A DNA stretch of 64,000 nt, from positions 2,172 through 66,171 of the IMG/VR virus record IMGVR_UViG_3300049228_000061. The stretch is one strand, 5' to 3'. The stretch comes from a virus (Duplodnaviria > Caudoviricetes). The notes under the pieces were generated by a model. It made no database searches and had not been told where the DNA came from. It was given only the letters and a program-made list of their open reading frames with translations. The stretch's first letter is position 1. Every line of letters starts with the position of its first letter. Below, piece by piece: positions 7,328 through 17,059 of the stretch. The translations under genes and the position numbers were made by a program.

Positions 7328-8548
7328 ATGTCTACTACTCAGATCACCACGACCAGCCCGCTGGCCGTAAAACTCTTTTCGATTGCGCTGTTCAACGAGT
7401 CCCTGCGCTTGGGGACTTTTCGGAAAAATCTCACTGGCCCATCGCCCAAATCGGGCGCAGCCGAGATGAAGATGAAGGGGCAGTCACCGCCTGAATACCC
7501 GTTTGTCAATATCACCGACCTCTCAAGTGGTGCGGGTGATCGAGTGTCGGTTGACTTGTTCAACATCATCGGTGGTAAGCCGGTAATGGGCGACAGAAAA
7601 CTGGCGGGTCGCATGATGGGGCTGACCAGTTCCAGCATGGAAATCGTGATTAACCAGTGTCGCGGTGGCGTTGAAACTGGCGGCAAGATGAGCCAGAAGC
7701 GCACCAAGCATCAGCTGCAGACAATTGCCAGAGCAAATCTGGCGGGCTGGAATGCCCGTCTGTACGACCAACTGGCGATGGTGCATGTTTCTGGTGCGCG
7801 CGGCACACAAAATGATGGTGAGTGGATTGTTCCGCTGACCACGGATGCCGACTTCGCCGACATCTGCGTCAATCCCGTGCTGGCGCCGACGCGCAATCGT
7901 CGATTCTTTGCCGGTGACGCCACCAGCGTGACCAACCTGGACACGGCGGACATCCTGACGCTGGATAACATCGACCGCATTCGCATGCAGTTGGATGAGA
8001 TGCCGTTCACCCTGCAGCCGATCAAGCTGGAAGGTGATGTGGCAGCAGAAGACAGCCCACTGTACTGCCTGTACGTGACCTCGAAGGTGTGGTTCAACAT
8101 CGAGCGGTCTACCACTGGTCAGAACTGGCGCACTTTCCTGGCTGCATCACTGCAGCGAACAAAGGGTTTCGATAACCCTCTGTTCCTCGGTGACACAGGC
8201 ATGTGGGCAGGCATCCTCATCAAGAAGATGCGTCGTGGCATCCGCTTTACTGCGGGCGACACGGTGGTCGAATACGACGCCAGTGATGTGGCTCAGAACG
8301 TCACCGCTGCGGTTGGGTTTGATCGTTGCTTCCTGCTGGGTGGCCAGGCCTTGGGTATCGCCTATGGTGCGAGCGAGGGCAGCGGCTACCACTTCGGTTG
8401 GCGCGAGGAAACGACTGACCACGGCAACATCAAGGAAATTTCCAGTTCCTCGATGTCGGGCATGGCGAAGATCCGATTCACCGGCACTGACGGAGCCCCG
8501 ACGGATCACGGCGTGGCCACCATCGACTGCTACGTGCCAGCGGCTTAA
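7328..8548 (+). CDS. major capsid protein (N4-gp56/DUF4043 type)
   Basis: ITDLSSGAGDRVSVDL...GKPVMGD, GGKMSQKRT.H.L and A.LLGGQALGIAYG; 406 aa. Confidence 0.9.
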   Translation: MSTTQITTTSPLAVKLFSIALFNESLRLGTFRKNLTGPSPKSGAAEMKMKGQSPPEYPFVNITDLSSGAGDRVSVDLFNIIGGKPVMGDRKLAGRMMGLTSSSMEIVINQCRGGVETGGKMSQKRTKHQLQTIARANLAGWNARLYDQLAMVHVSGARGTQNDGEWIVPLTTDADFADICVNPVLAPTRNRRFFAGDATSVTNLDTADILTLDNIDRIRMQLDEMPFTLQPIKLEGDVAAEDSPLYCLYVTSKVWFNIERSTTGQNWRTFLAASLQRTKGFDNPLFLGDTGMWAGILIKKMRRGIRFTAGDTVVEYDASDVAQNVTAAVGFDRCFLLGGQALGIAYGASEGSGYHFGWREETTDHGNIKEISSSSMSGMAKIRFTGTDGAPTDHGVATIDCYVPAA

Positions 8549-8597
8549 CGCTGGTTCGTGACTGAAGGTTTAATCTTTTTTGGTTTAGGAGATTCAC

Positions 8598-9041
8598 ATG
8601 GCTGCTCTCAAAGTATCGAATGTTGACAAAGAGACGATGATGGCCCACGTCTATGGTCAAACCGCGCACAAGTACGTGGAATACACGTTGCTGATCGGCG
8701 CGGCGGTCGCGGACACGATTGATTTCATCCGCATTCCCGCCAATGTCCGCATCGTGGATTTCTACGAAACCCATGACGGTGCCAATACGGCGGCGACCAC
8801 GGCCAATTTTGGCCTGGCTGCAGTGGCGGGCGGCCCAACCGCCCAAGTAGATGCAGACTACTTCCTGGCTGCGGCGGATCTGAATGCGGCGGGTCGTAAC
8901 CGGTGGGGTAACACAGCGGTGTATCCCATCCTGACGGGTGGTGAGTATTACGTCCGAGCGGTGTTGGCGGGCGCGAATGCAGCGGGCGCCAACATGGTGA
9001 TCGGCGTGTACCTGCAGTACGAGTTCATCGGCAACCCGTAA
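8598..9041 (+). CDS. putative capsid decoration/cement protein
   Basis: 147-aa beta-rich ORF directly after the MCP; RBS GGAGA. Confidence 0.6.
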   Translation: MAALKVSNVDKETMMAHVYGQTAHKYVEYTLLIGAAVADTIDFIRIPANVRIVDFYETHDGANTAATTANFGLAAVAGGPTAQVDADYFLAAADLNAAGRNRWGNTAVYPILTGGEYYVRAVLAGANAAGANMVIGVYLQYEFIGNP

Positions 9042-9049
9042 CACACTAT

Positions 9050-9081
9050 CCGGCTGATCTCCCTGGACAGCCGGGTCTTTT
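9050..9081 (+). terminator. putative intrinsic terminator
   Basis: CCGGCTG (9050-9056) pairs with CAGCCGG (9068-9074), followed by GTCTTTT. Confidence 0.5.
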
Positions 9082-9128
9082 AGACGCTTGGAAACAGGCG
9101 TCTTTTTTCGTGATCGCGAGGTATTTTT

Positions 9129-9740
9129 ATGTCGCAAGCTGAAGTAAAAACAGTTGAAGTCATGTATGTCGGTCGGAAAGTCAGAAAAACCGACCCAGTG
9201 ACGGGGCACATCTGGGATGGGCTGGGTGCGGTGGTTTCCGTAACTCCATTTGAGTGGCAGAAAGAGCTGCGTCCGCACGAGGACATCTGGATGGATGTCA
9301 CCAAGCTGGACGAGAAGGCCCGCGCCAAAGTGGTGGAGGCTGTCAGAGAGCAGATGCGTGCCGAACGCCGGTCTATGCAAACCCGCGTGCTGCTGTCGGA
9401 TGCCAGCGATCAGGACATTCAGGAAGAATGGAGCCGTCGCCATGAAGGCCCACTGAAAATTGTCAAAACGAAGGCCAAGCAAGTGCCTGCGTCAGATCGT
9501 CGTGGCGATGAGGGCGAAAATCAGGAAGATGGCGGGGCGGTTGATCGTCCGCAAAAGCCCACCGAGGTGGTGGATGCCATTGTCAACGCCATTCGCACGC
9601 TTGATGTTGACAATGCGGCGCTGTTTGACGAAAGCGACAACCCCACCAAGGAAGCCATCGAGGCCGTGCTGCACTACCCAATCAGCAAGTCGGAGCTGAA
9701 GGCCGCGATTGCGGCCAATCTGCAGCTGCTCGCGAGTTAA
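9129..9740 (+). CDS. hypothetical protein (head morphogenesis region)
   Basis: 203-aa ORF with RBS GAGGT. Confidence 0.7.
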   Translation: MSQAEVKTVEVMYVGRKVRKTDPVTGHIWDGLGAVVSVTPFEWQKELRPHEDIWMDVTKLDEKARAKVVEAVREQMRAERRSMQTRVLLSDASDQDIQEEWSRRHEGPLKIVKTKAKQVPASDRRGDEGENQEDGGAVDRPQKPTEVVDAIVNAIRTLDVDNAALFDESDNPTKEAIEAVLHYPISKSELKAAIAANLQLLAS

Positions 9741-9743
9741 TGC

Positions 9744-10448
9744 ATGGGCACCCTCCAAGCACGCGCGGTCTTGCTGCGAGCGCAGCGGATACTGAACGAT
9801 CAGACCGCCGTGCTATGGGGGTTCGATGAGCTGGTGGATTGGCTGAATGAAGGCCAGCGCCGTGTTGTTTCGCTGAGACCCGATGCCAGCTCTGCCGTTA
9901 CATCACTGACGCTGGTGGCTGGTGCCCGGCAAACGATGCCGACGGGCAGCATTCGGTTGCTGGACATCCCGAACAACCTGAATGGCCGCGCTTGTACTTA
10001 CGTGAATAAGTCGGCGCTAGATTCATACAACCCAAGCTGGCGAAGTGATACCGCGTCAGCAGTGGTGAAACACTGGACATACGACGACAAACTACCGACT
10101 CGGTTTGAGGTGTATCCGCCTCAGCCCACGTCTGGCTTCGGCACAGTGGAGATGGTGCGCAGCGTCTTGCCGACAGACTGCACCCTGGATGCGGTGAATG
10201 GCGCCAGCGTGGATTCCGTAATCAGTCTGCCAGATCAGTACGATGCGGCTTTGATTGATTACGTGGTGTATCGCGGCTATACCAAGGATGCGGCGTACAC
10301 CGTGCGCGGCGGTAAGGCGGATCAGGCTTGGGAGAAGTTTCTGCAAGGGCTGGGTTTCCAGCTGACGACTGATCGCCGGTTCTCGCCGGCCAATACGTCA
10401 CCACCCCATGCAGTTGACCAACAGGCGAGTCAAGGAGCGTTCCCATGA
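9744..10448 (+). CDS. head-tail adaptor (DUF6682-like)
   Basis: W...ELVDWLNEGQR....RPDA and ALIDYVVYR.Y.KDA motifs. Confidence 0.75.
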   Translation: MGTLQARAVLLRAQRILNDQTAVLWGFDELVDWLNEGQRRVVSLRPDASSAVTSLTLVAGARQTMPTGSIRLLDIPNNLNGRACTYVNKSALDSYNPSWRSDTASAVVKHWTYDDKLPTRFEVYPPQPTSGFGTVEMVRSVLPTDCTLDAVNGASVDSVISLPDQYDAALIDYVVYRGYTKDAAYTVRGGKADQAWEKFLQGLGFQLTTDRRFSPANTSPPHAVDQQASQGAFP

Positions 10449-11167
10449 GCGCGTTCGCTGACCTGGTTGCTGAGGTACTGGATACCTGCCAGCAGGCACC
10501 AGAACCCTTGGTTGAGCGCCACATTCGCAATGCGGTGATTGCGTTTTGTTCCAGAACCCTGCTGCTGCGCAAAGACCTCTCGGCAATCAGCATCATCGCC
10601 GACCAGTATCTGTATCAGCTGAATCCACCTGCAGGTCGGGAGATTGTCGAGGTTCGTTCTGCCCAGATCGGTGAAGACAGTCCCCTGATCGAGCGCAGCG
10701 AGGATTACTTCGACCTGCAGTGGCGTGATCCGGTAATCATGCGCAGTGATTTTTGCTGCACGGATGATGACGGTAACGTGATTTCAACTGGCGACGATTG
10801 GCGGCAGTACACCCAGAACCGCCCGCAGTTCTATTTCATCGACCGCACTGAAAACACGTACCGCATGCGCTTGGTGGGGATTCCCATTGCCAGCTTGACC
10901 GATACCCTGGCGGTGAATGTGGTGTTGAAACCATCGCGCACCGCAACCGAGGTGGACGATTGGTTGTTGAGCGACCACTTCCAGTGCCTGCTGCACGGTG
11001 CAAAGGCGCGCATGCTGGAATTACCAAAGCGCCCCTGGACGGACTTACAGCTGGCGGGCTATCACAACGGACTGTTTGAAGAAGCCACCGAAATGGCCCG
11101 CATGAAAGGCCAGCGTTCACATATCCGCAACGATCAAACCAACCGACGGGTAAAGGCATACGTATGA
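10445..11167 (+). CDS. second adaptor / tail tubular protein
   Basis: P...VERHIRNAVIAFC.RT and L.HGAKAR.L..P..PW motifs; position in the cluster. Confidence 0.65.
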   Translation: MSAFADLVAEVLDTCQQAPEPLVERHIRNAVIAFCSRTLLLRKDLSAISIIADQYLYQLNPPAGREIVEVRSAQIGEDSPLIERSEDYFDLQWRDPVIMRSDFCCTDDDGNVISTGDDWRQYTQNRPQFYFIDRTENTYRMRLVGIPIASLTDTLAVNVVLKPSRTATEVDDWLLSDHFQCLLHGAKARMLELPKRPWTDLQLAGYHNGLFEEATEMARMKGQRSHIRNDQTNRRVKAYV

Positions 11168-11643
11168 ACAGCGACGGGCCAGACACCAAACGGCTGCGCG
11201 ACGTGGTGCGGCAGGAGCTTGCTGGAGTCAACCCAGAGCCAGACGAGGGGCTGATTGTCAGGTTGTGGGACAAGGACTGGTTCAAGACCGTCGCGTTCAT
11301 ATGGTGCGCAATGTTGTTTTTGTTCACGCTCGCGGTGACGGGCTCCCCTTACACGCCCCGATTGATTGCCAACGCAGAAGCTGAGCAGCTGCAAAGTAAC
11401 ACCAAGGCGATTCATGAAATTCAGACCAGCGTGGCGAAAATATCTACCAGTCTGGATGCCATTGCCAAGTATGCAAGGGCACAGCAAATCAAGGACGTGG
11501 TGAGTGAAATTTGTCGCAGCTCGATGCGGCGAGCCAAGGAAACCGATATAGCGGAGCGCCAGCGACTGCTCGACATCATCACATCGGCCAGAAATACGTA
11601 CTACGAACTGACGGCGAAAGACTTTCAAGCGAGTGACTGCTGA
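11164..11643 (+). CDS. single-TM membrane protein in the lysis cassette
   Basis: Hydrophobic segment VAFIWCAMLFLFTLAV, then a helical C-terminal domain with two Cys. Confidence 0.65.
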   Translation: MNSDGPDTKRLRDVVRQELAGVNPEPDEGLIVRLWDKDWFKTVAFIWCAMLFLFTLAVTGSPYTPRLIANAEAEQLQSNTKAIHEIQTSVAKISTSLDAIAKYARAQQIKDVVSEICRSSMRRAKETDIAERQRLLDIITSARNTYYELTAKDFQASDC

Positions 11644-11720
11644 TGACTTCATTTATCGCCTGCATCGCCGTGATCGCGCTTCTGTTGTGGGTGATCACAC
11701 ATCCGAAGGATAGATCATGA
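11643..11720 (+). CDS. 25-aa TM peptide
   Basis: MTSFIACIAVIALLLWVITHPKDRS; overlaps the stop/start codons of both neighbours. Confidence 0.45.
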   Translation: MTSFIACIAVIALLLWVITHPKDRS

Positions 11721-12208
11721 ATTTTGATACTGCGTTTGATCGCTTGATCGGGCATGAGGGCGGTTACGCCAATCACCCAGCTGACCCCGGCGGGGAAACC
11801 ATGTGGGGCGTCACCAAGCGTGTAGCGGTGGCCTACGGCTATACGGGTGAGATGCGCGACTTGCCACGCGAAACAGCCAAACACATCGCCAAGCTGCTGT
11901 ACTGGGACGCAGCCAACTGTGATGCGCTCTTACCTGCTATTGCATGGCAGGTATTCGACACGGCCTACAATAGTGGGGTCGAGACTGCGCTGCGATTGCT
12001 GCAACGGGCGGCGGGCGTGGCGGATGATGGCCATGTCGGGCCGGTGACCATGGCGGCCATCAGCGCCCTGCCGATCACTGACCTGCTGGCCAGGTACAAC
12101 GGCGAACGACTGGATTTCATGACGCGCCTGTCTACCTGGCCATCGTTCGGCAAAGGCTGGGCGCGACGCATCGCCAATAACCTTCGCTACGAGGCAGAGG
12201 ACGCATGA
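11717..12208 (+). CDS. endolysin, glycoside hydrolase family 108
   Basis: HEGGYANHPADPGGETMWGVT motif and C-terminal FGKGW.RR peptidoglycan-binding region. Confidence 0.92.
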   Translation: MNFDTAFDRLIGHEGGYANHPADPGGETMWGVTKRVAVAYGYTGEMRDLPRETAKHIAKLLYWDAANCDALLPAIAWQVFDTAYNSGVETALRLLQRAAGVADDGHVGPVTMAAISALPITDLLARYNGERLDFMTRLSTWPSFGKGWARRIANNLRYEAEDA

Positions 12209-12408
12209 ACATCAAAGATATTCCCACCTGGCTGTGGAGTAACCGCACCAAGGTGTTCGGATTCATCCAAGTCACGATTGCTTATTTTGCTGCCGCTGAG
12301 GGTGTTTTCAGTCCGCAGCAGCTCAAGATTTACCTGTTCGCGAATGGCTTGCTGACGGTCTGGCTTGGTTTTTTTAATTCCACCAAGATCAAACAGGCCG
12401 ATCAATGA
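12205..12408 (+). CDS. holin
   Basis: 67 aa, two hydrophobic segments, adjacent to the endolysin. Confidence 0.65.
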   Translation: MNIKDIPTWLWSNRTKVFGFIQVTIAYFAAAEGVFSPQQLKIYLFANGLLTVWLGFFNSTKIKQADQ

Positions 12409-12848
12409 GCTGGATACTCAGACAACTGTCTGGCGCACTGGGCCCTTACCTCCTGATCGCGCTGGGCATGGCGCTGCTGGGCCTGTCTGTTACCACCAAA
12501 GTGCTGTGGTCGAGCAACACGGAGCTTCGTGAAGACTTGGCTGTAGCAAGGGCCAGCATCACTTCGCTGTCTTCTGCCAATGAAGCAGGCCAGGATGCGA
12601 TTGGCAAGCTGAAAATAGCCAATGAACAGTGGGTAACGCTGTTTGACTCGCAGAAAGCCAAGAATTATGAGGCAGTGGCCCAACTGGAATTGCTCAAGCG
12701 CCAGCTGGTTAATCAATCACAAACCGACGCGGTTCACCGCGAACGACAGGAGCCTGACTGTGCAATTCTTATGGCGATGGATATTCAGCGCATGTGTCCT
12801 GTTACTGCTCAGCGCATGCGAGACGACGCTTCCCGCAGTGCGCACTGA
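12405..12848 (+). CDS. inner-membrane spanin (Rz-like)
   Basis: N-terminal TM followed by coiled coil. Confidence 0.75.
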   Translation: MSWILRQLSGALGPYLLIALGMALLGLSVTTKVLWSSNTELREDLAVARASITSLSSANEAGQDAIGKLKIANEQWVTLFDSQKAKNYEAVAQLELLKRQLVNQSQTDAVHRERQEPDCAILMAMDIQRMCPVTAQRMRDDASRSAH

Positions 12849-13041
12849 GACCGTTGAGGTCAAAGTACCGGTCAAGGTTCCCATTGATCCGCGCCTACTG
12901 GCCGACTGCGCTGCGCACTACCTTTTCCCGCAAACCGACAAACTGACCGTTGGCCAAGCCGCCGACCGACTTCATGCCACGGAAGATGCGTTGGCGCTGT
13001 GCGCAAATCAAATTCAGCTGATCAAGGAAACACAACGGTGA
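12760..13041 (+). CDS. outer-membrane spanin lipoprotein (Rz1-like)
   Basis: GTG start after AGGAG; lipobox LLLSAC; Pro-rich; overlaps the 3' end of the i-spanin. Confidence 0.75.
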   Translation: MQFLWRWIFSACVLLLLSACETTLPAVRTETVEVKVPVKVPIDPRLLADCAAHYLFPQTDKLTVGQAADRLHATEDALALCANQIQLIKETQR

Positions 13042-13086
13042 TCAATCGGTGGATAATCGGGTTGTTCCTGTATGTGGTGCTGCTGA

Positions 13087-14226
13087 TTGGCAGCGCCATT
13101 TACTGCAATACCGATCCGGTCATGCGGTCTTTGGGATGGTGACGTGATTCAAGGCTCAACAGTGCGGGCAGTGATGGGGCGCGACGATATTGTCGTGTGG
13201 CCGGTCGTGTCTGCGAATCAGCTGACCAGTCCAAGCGTAGTGACTCGCTGCCTGATCCACTGCAAGCGCGACGGCAAGCAGGACGTGATCATTGACAGTG
13301 CCGACGTACCAGATGCATTTGTGTTCGACGAGCAAGCGACAGTACGCGGCAAGCTGGTCGATGCGGTGAAGTGGATGCCAGGCCTTGCTGTCGGCGAGCA
13401 ATTCACGGAAACCGCCAAGTGGAAATGTCAGGTGTTTCTGTTCGATGCCGTGCATACGAGCGGCGTGGATCATGGCGCGTTCTGGTTGGATGTGGCGTTT
13501 GCTGGGCTGCCCGTAGCGGGGGGCGCGGTGATGTATGTGCCGGGCTCAAAAGATGTGTTCTCGCCAACCGCCGCAACCAGCATGACATTGACGTTGGTCA
13601 ATTCTGATGTTGATGAAGGAACGTATCCAGACGCGGTGGTTGTGTTGTCGTTGAATGTACATTCAACCAGTACCGCAGGAACTATCGTAGCGCCAACATC
13701 AGTCACCATTGGCGGTGTCGCAGCAAGCCTTTTATGGAAGAAAGGAACCGTTGGCGCGTTTACCGGACAGACCCATGCTGTTGTCGCAATGGCCAGGGTT
13801 CCGGTTGGCGGATTCACTAGCAGTGGCATTGTTGTGACGTGGGGAAGCCTAATCACGTCAGGCGCGGTGGTTCGTGGAAGTACAAATGCGTTCTATAACG
13901 TAGATGTTACTTCGGATGGATTTGCTCTTGGGCATTCAGAGGTGGATAACGTAGGAGTCACTGGGTCGCTAACCGTACCGGACGGCGGCGCTGTGTTTGC
14001 TGACAACATCCAGTACACAGGCGGGGACTTTGATGCGAACGTGTACACGGACGGCGGAGCCATCTACACGATGCAGACACCAGATGTTTCTATGCAAAAC
14101 GGCCATTACTACATGACCGGATACAAATTGTTTGCAACTGGCGCCTCTGAAGTTGCTTCGCCCAATGCGCTAAACGACGACAAGTTCCGTCCAGGCATCG
14201 TCTTTGTGATGGCGGGGACTGCGTAA
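13087..14226 (+). CDS. virion structural / fibre-like protein (start uncertain)
   Basis: Long beta-rich ORF between the lysis and nozzle genes. Confidence 0.6.
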   Translation: MAAPFTAIPIRSCGLWDGDVIQGSTVRAVMGRDDIVVWPVVSANQLTSPSVVTRCLIHCKRDGKQDVIIDSADVPDAFVFDEQATVRGKLVDAVKWMPGLAVGEQFTETAKWKCQVFLFDAVHTSGVDHGAFWLDVAFAGLPVAGGAVMYVPGSKDVFSPTAATSMTLTLVNSDVDEGTYPDAVVVLSLNVHSTSTAGTIVAPTSVTIGGVAASLLWKKGTVGAFTGQTHAVVAMARVPVGGFTSSGIVVTWGSLITSGAVVRGSTNAFYNVDVTSDGFALGHSEVDNVGVTGSLTVPDGGAVFADNIQYTGGDFDANVYTDGGAIYTMQTPDVSMQNGHYYMTGYKLFATGASEVASPNALNDDKFRPGIVFVMAGTA

Positions 14227-16487
14227 TGGTTATGCTCAGTATCACCAGCTTCTCCCTTGCTCGCCCTGCGGTGGACAAGCGACTGCTGCCCGCCAATGCG
14301 GCGCAGAGTGCCGTGAATGCTTACTGCGACACCGGCAAGCTGCAGGCGTTGCTCAAACCGAAGCGCGATGGCTTTGCTCACTTCAATCCGCCGGTGAGTT
14401 TGTACCGCGAGCGCGAGAATGGCGGATGGCGGGATTGGGATACGGTAGTGGACGTGATTCGCTCGCCGCTTGATACCACGCCTGCAACCTTGATTTACAC
14501 CGGGGATGGCCGACCCAAGATCACGTTCGTGGGATCATCTACCGTGTATGACTTGGGGCTGCCCGCCCCCATTACCGCGCCGACTGTAGAGGCCTTGACG
14601 GACGCCAGCACCGGCCTGCTGAACAATGTGGAGCGGGTGATTTCGACAACCTATTCGTCGGGTGGCCCTATATATGACGGAAAGGGTGCGACTGATCGAT
14701 ATTCTCTGATTACATTCCCAGCAGCAGTTTCGGTAACGTCTGATGGTGAGTATGTCACTGCGTTCTATTGCACGACCGCGGTGGCCTTCAATGTGGTTGA
14801 TTCTGGCGGCGATCATTCCATTGATTTTGATGTGTGGGTCATTCTGTATCGCGACAGCGTGGAGGTTAACCGAGCCAAGGTAGGTCGGGCACATGGCGAG
14901 TACTACACTCCCGGGCTGCCAGTCACCACGCTCAGCGGCGAATTGATTGACCTGCCTGCTGCTGGAACTTATGCCTACACCTTCAAAGTAGAGGTGAAGG
15001 ACGGCAACAACGGCATGTTATGCAACGCCTCTATGGATGTGGAGGTGCGCCGCAGCAATCGGTTACGTGTTTATTCAACAACAAACCATGAGCTGCAGGT
15101 AGATGCGCGGGTTCGCTTTGCAGACATTACGGCAACCGGGGTGATGCCCGCGACGCTGAACGGCAAGATTTTCACGGTGGCTGAAATTATATCGCCCACT
15201 GTATTTGAGATTCTGGCGATGTCAGAAGGCACCTATACCAGCGGTGGTACGTGGACGCAGTATTGGTCATCCGCTGACGTAGAAAGCCGCGCTTACCGAT
15301 ACACCTACGTGGCCACCATCAACGATGTGGATTATGAAGGGCCAGCCAGTGAAGCCTCTGAGGTGGTGGATGCAGGTCAAGGGCAGAGCGTGGTGGTGAG
15401 CGACTTTGCCGCATTCCCTGGTGACTGGGATAGCCTGCCCACCAAGATTCGCATTTATCGGTTTGCGGCAACCTCATCGACCACCGGCCAATATCAGTTT
15501 GTGGCCGAGATAGACATCGGGGCATTGACCTACACTGATTTGATCCTGGGCGAAAATCTGGGTGAGTCGCTGCCTGATCCTGCGCGTGATGCGCCGCCAG
15601 AAACGCTGCAAGGAATCGTTGAGCTGCCAAACGGAGGCGCAGCCGCCTTTACTGGCAAGACGGTTTGGTTTGCCGAGCCCAATTACCTGCATGCATGGCC
15701 AGAGACCTATGCCCGCAATGCGCACGAAGATATTGTGGCTATCGGCGCCTTTGGTTCATCCATCGCGGTGGCCACAAAAGCGCAGCCCTATGTACTGACC
15801 GGTACTGATCCCTCATCCATGACCATGGACAAGGTGGAATTGAGTCAGCCATGCTTGAGTAAGGCGGGCTGCGTGGATTTCGGGTATGCCTGGACGTATC
15901 CGAGCCCAGATGGACTGGTGCTGATTACTACCGGCAGAGCCGAAGTGATTTCGCTGCCGCTGTTCACGGAATATCAGTGGCGCGCCTACAACCCAGCCAG
16001 TTTCAAAGCCGCTCGCTACGACAATCTGTACGTGTGCTTTTACGAAAAGACGGATGGGGAACGGGGCGGATTTTATTTTGATCCGCTGGACATGGCGAAA
16101 GGCGTTGGCTTTCTGGACTTCTGGGCCGACGCGATCTGGACAGATCCCAGCGATGGCAGCCTGTACATCGCGCGCAACAACGTCATCAGCAAGTTTGACG
16201 ATGATGTCACGGAACTGGACATGGCGTGGCGCAGTAAAGAATTTGCGACACCGGCTGTCACGTTCACGACGGCGCGCGTTGAAGCGGCGAAGTACCCGGT
16301 TTCGTTCAGCGTGTTTTGCGATGGCCAAGAAGTCAGTTCAGCTCAGGTGTATTCAAAGCAAGCATTCCGCATCGGCAAACCACACGGATCGCTATGGTCA
16401 TTTGAAGTGCGCGGCCAACACCGAATTGATGGCGTGTTTCTGGCTGAGAACATGCAAGAGCTGGGTAGTTACCCGGGCGGTGCATGA
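14226..16487 (+). CDS. tail nozzle / tail tubular protein B-like
   Basis: N-terminal SF...RP....LLP.NAAQ.AVN; beta-propeller-like C-terminal half; 753 aa. Confidence 0.75.
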   Translation: MVMLSITSFSLARPAVDKRLLPANAAQSAVNAYCDTGKLQALLKPKRDGFAHFNPPVSLYRERENGGWRDWDTVVDVIRSPLDTTPATLIYTGDGRPKITFVGSSTVYDLGLPAPITAPTVEALTDASTGLLNNVERVISTTYSSGGPIYDGKGATDRYSLITFPAAVSVTSDGEYVTAFYCTTAVAFNVVDSGGDHSIDFDVWVILYRDSVEVNRAKVGRAHGEYYTPGLPVTTLSGELIDLPAAGTYAYTFKVEVKDGNNGMLCNASMDVEVRRSNRLRVYSTTNHELQVDARVRFADITATGVMPATLNGKIFTVAEIISPTVFEILAMSEGTYTSGGTWTQYWSSADVESRAYRYTYVATINDVDYEGPASEASEVVDAGQGQSVVVSDFAAFPGDWDSLPTKIRIYRFAATSSTTGQYQFVAEIDIGALTYTDLILGENLGESLPDPARDAPPETLQGIVELPNGGAAAFTGKTVWFAEPNYLHAWPETYARNAHEDIVAIGAFGSSIAVATKAQPYVLTGTDPSSMTMDKVELSQPCLSKAGCVDFGYAWTYPSPDGLVLITTGRAEVISLPLFTEYQWRAYNPASFKAARYDNLYVCFYEKTDGERGGFYFDPLDMAKGVGFLDFWADAIWTDPSDGSLYIARNNVISKFDDDVTELDMAWRSKEFATPAVTFTTARVEAAKYPVSFSVFCDGQEVSSAQVYSKQAFRIGKPHGSLWSFEVRGQHRIDGVFLAENMQELGSYPGGA

Positions 16488-17059
16488 TGGCGGAACCGAC
16501 CGGCATCCCTTCCACCCCCGCCGGCGCGCCCAAAGAAATCGTGGGCTGGATGGGTGCTGTTCGCAGTCGATTATTGGCGTTGACCAGTAGTCCGTTCACG
16601 GATTCGGAAGTGACGCGGTTACGCGCCTTGCTGCGAACCGGAACAACAACAACAACGAGCACTACGGTATCGGGTGGGCCGGTATTTCTGGCGCCTTACC
16701 AATTTTACTCTGGAAGCGCGGTTGCCTGGACAAGCAAAAGCGCTGTTGATGCAGGCGTGCCTGCGGGGGCTTCTGCGGTCATCATCGACGGGTACTGGGG
16801 GTGGGCCGGAAAGCATGACGCACACTCTTTTGCGTTGATCCGAAGTGATACAACCAAAGGCAATACTGGGAACCCAGAGAGTGAAACCTATGTTGCGCTG
16901 CATGGGTTCCTTGGCCGTGACAGCAATGTGGATGGATCGGGTGGTAGTCAGCAGGGGGTTTTTCCCTTGCGGGAAGACGGGACATTTGATTTTGCGGTGG
17001 TGGAAACCATGTCGGTTTGGCTGAGAATCGTCGGGTATTATCCAGGCAGCAGCACATGA
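16484..17059 (+). CDS. hypothetical virion protein
   Basis: Coupled ORF following the nozzle gene. Confidence 0.65.
   Translation: MMAEPTGIPSTPAGAPKEIVGWMGAVRSRLLALTSSPFTDSEVTRLRALLRTGTTTTTSTTVSGGPVFLAPYQFYSGSAVAWTSKSAVDAGVPAGASAVIIDGYWGWAGKHDAHSFALIRSDTTKGNTGNPESETYVALHGFLGRDSNVDGSGGSQQGVFPLREDGTFDFAVVETMSVWLRIVGYYPGSST

Noticed and set aside
13943-13951. Additional near-DnaA boxes (GGTGGATAA here and at about 13049)
   Set aside because: Single mismatched copies within coding sequence, without the 11-bp array structure.
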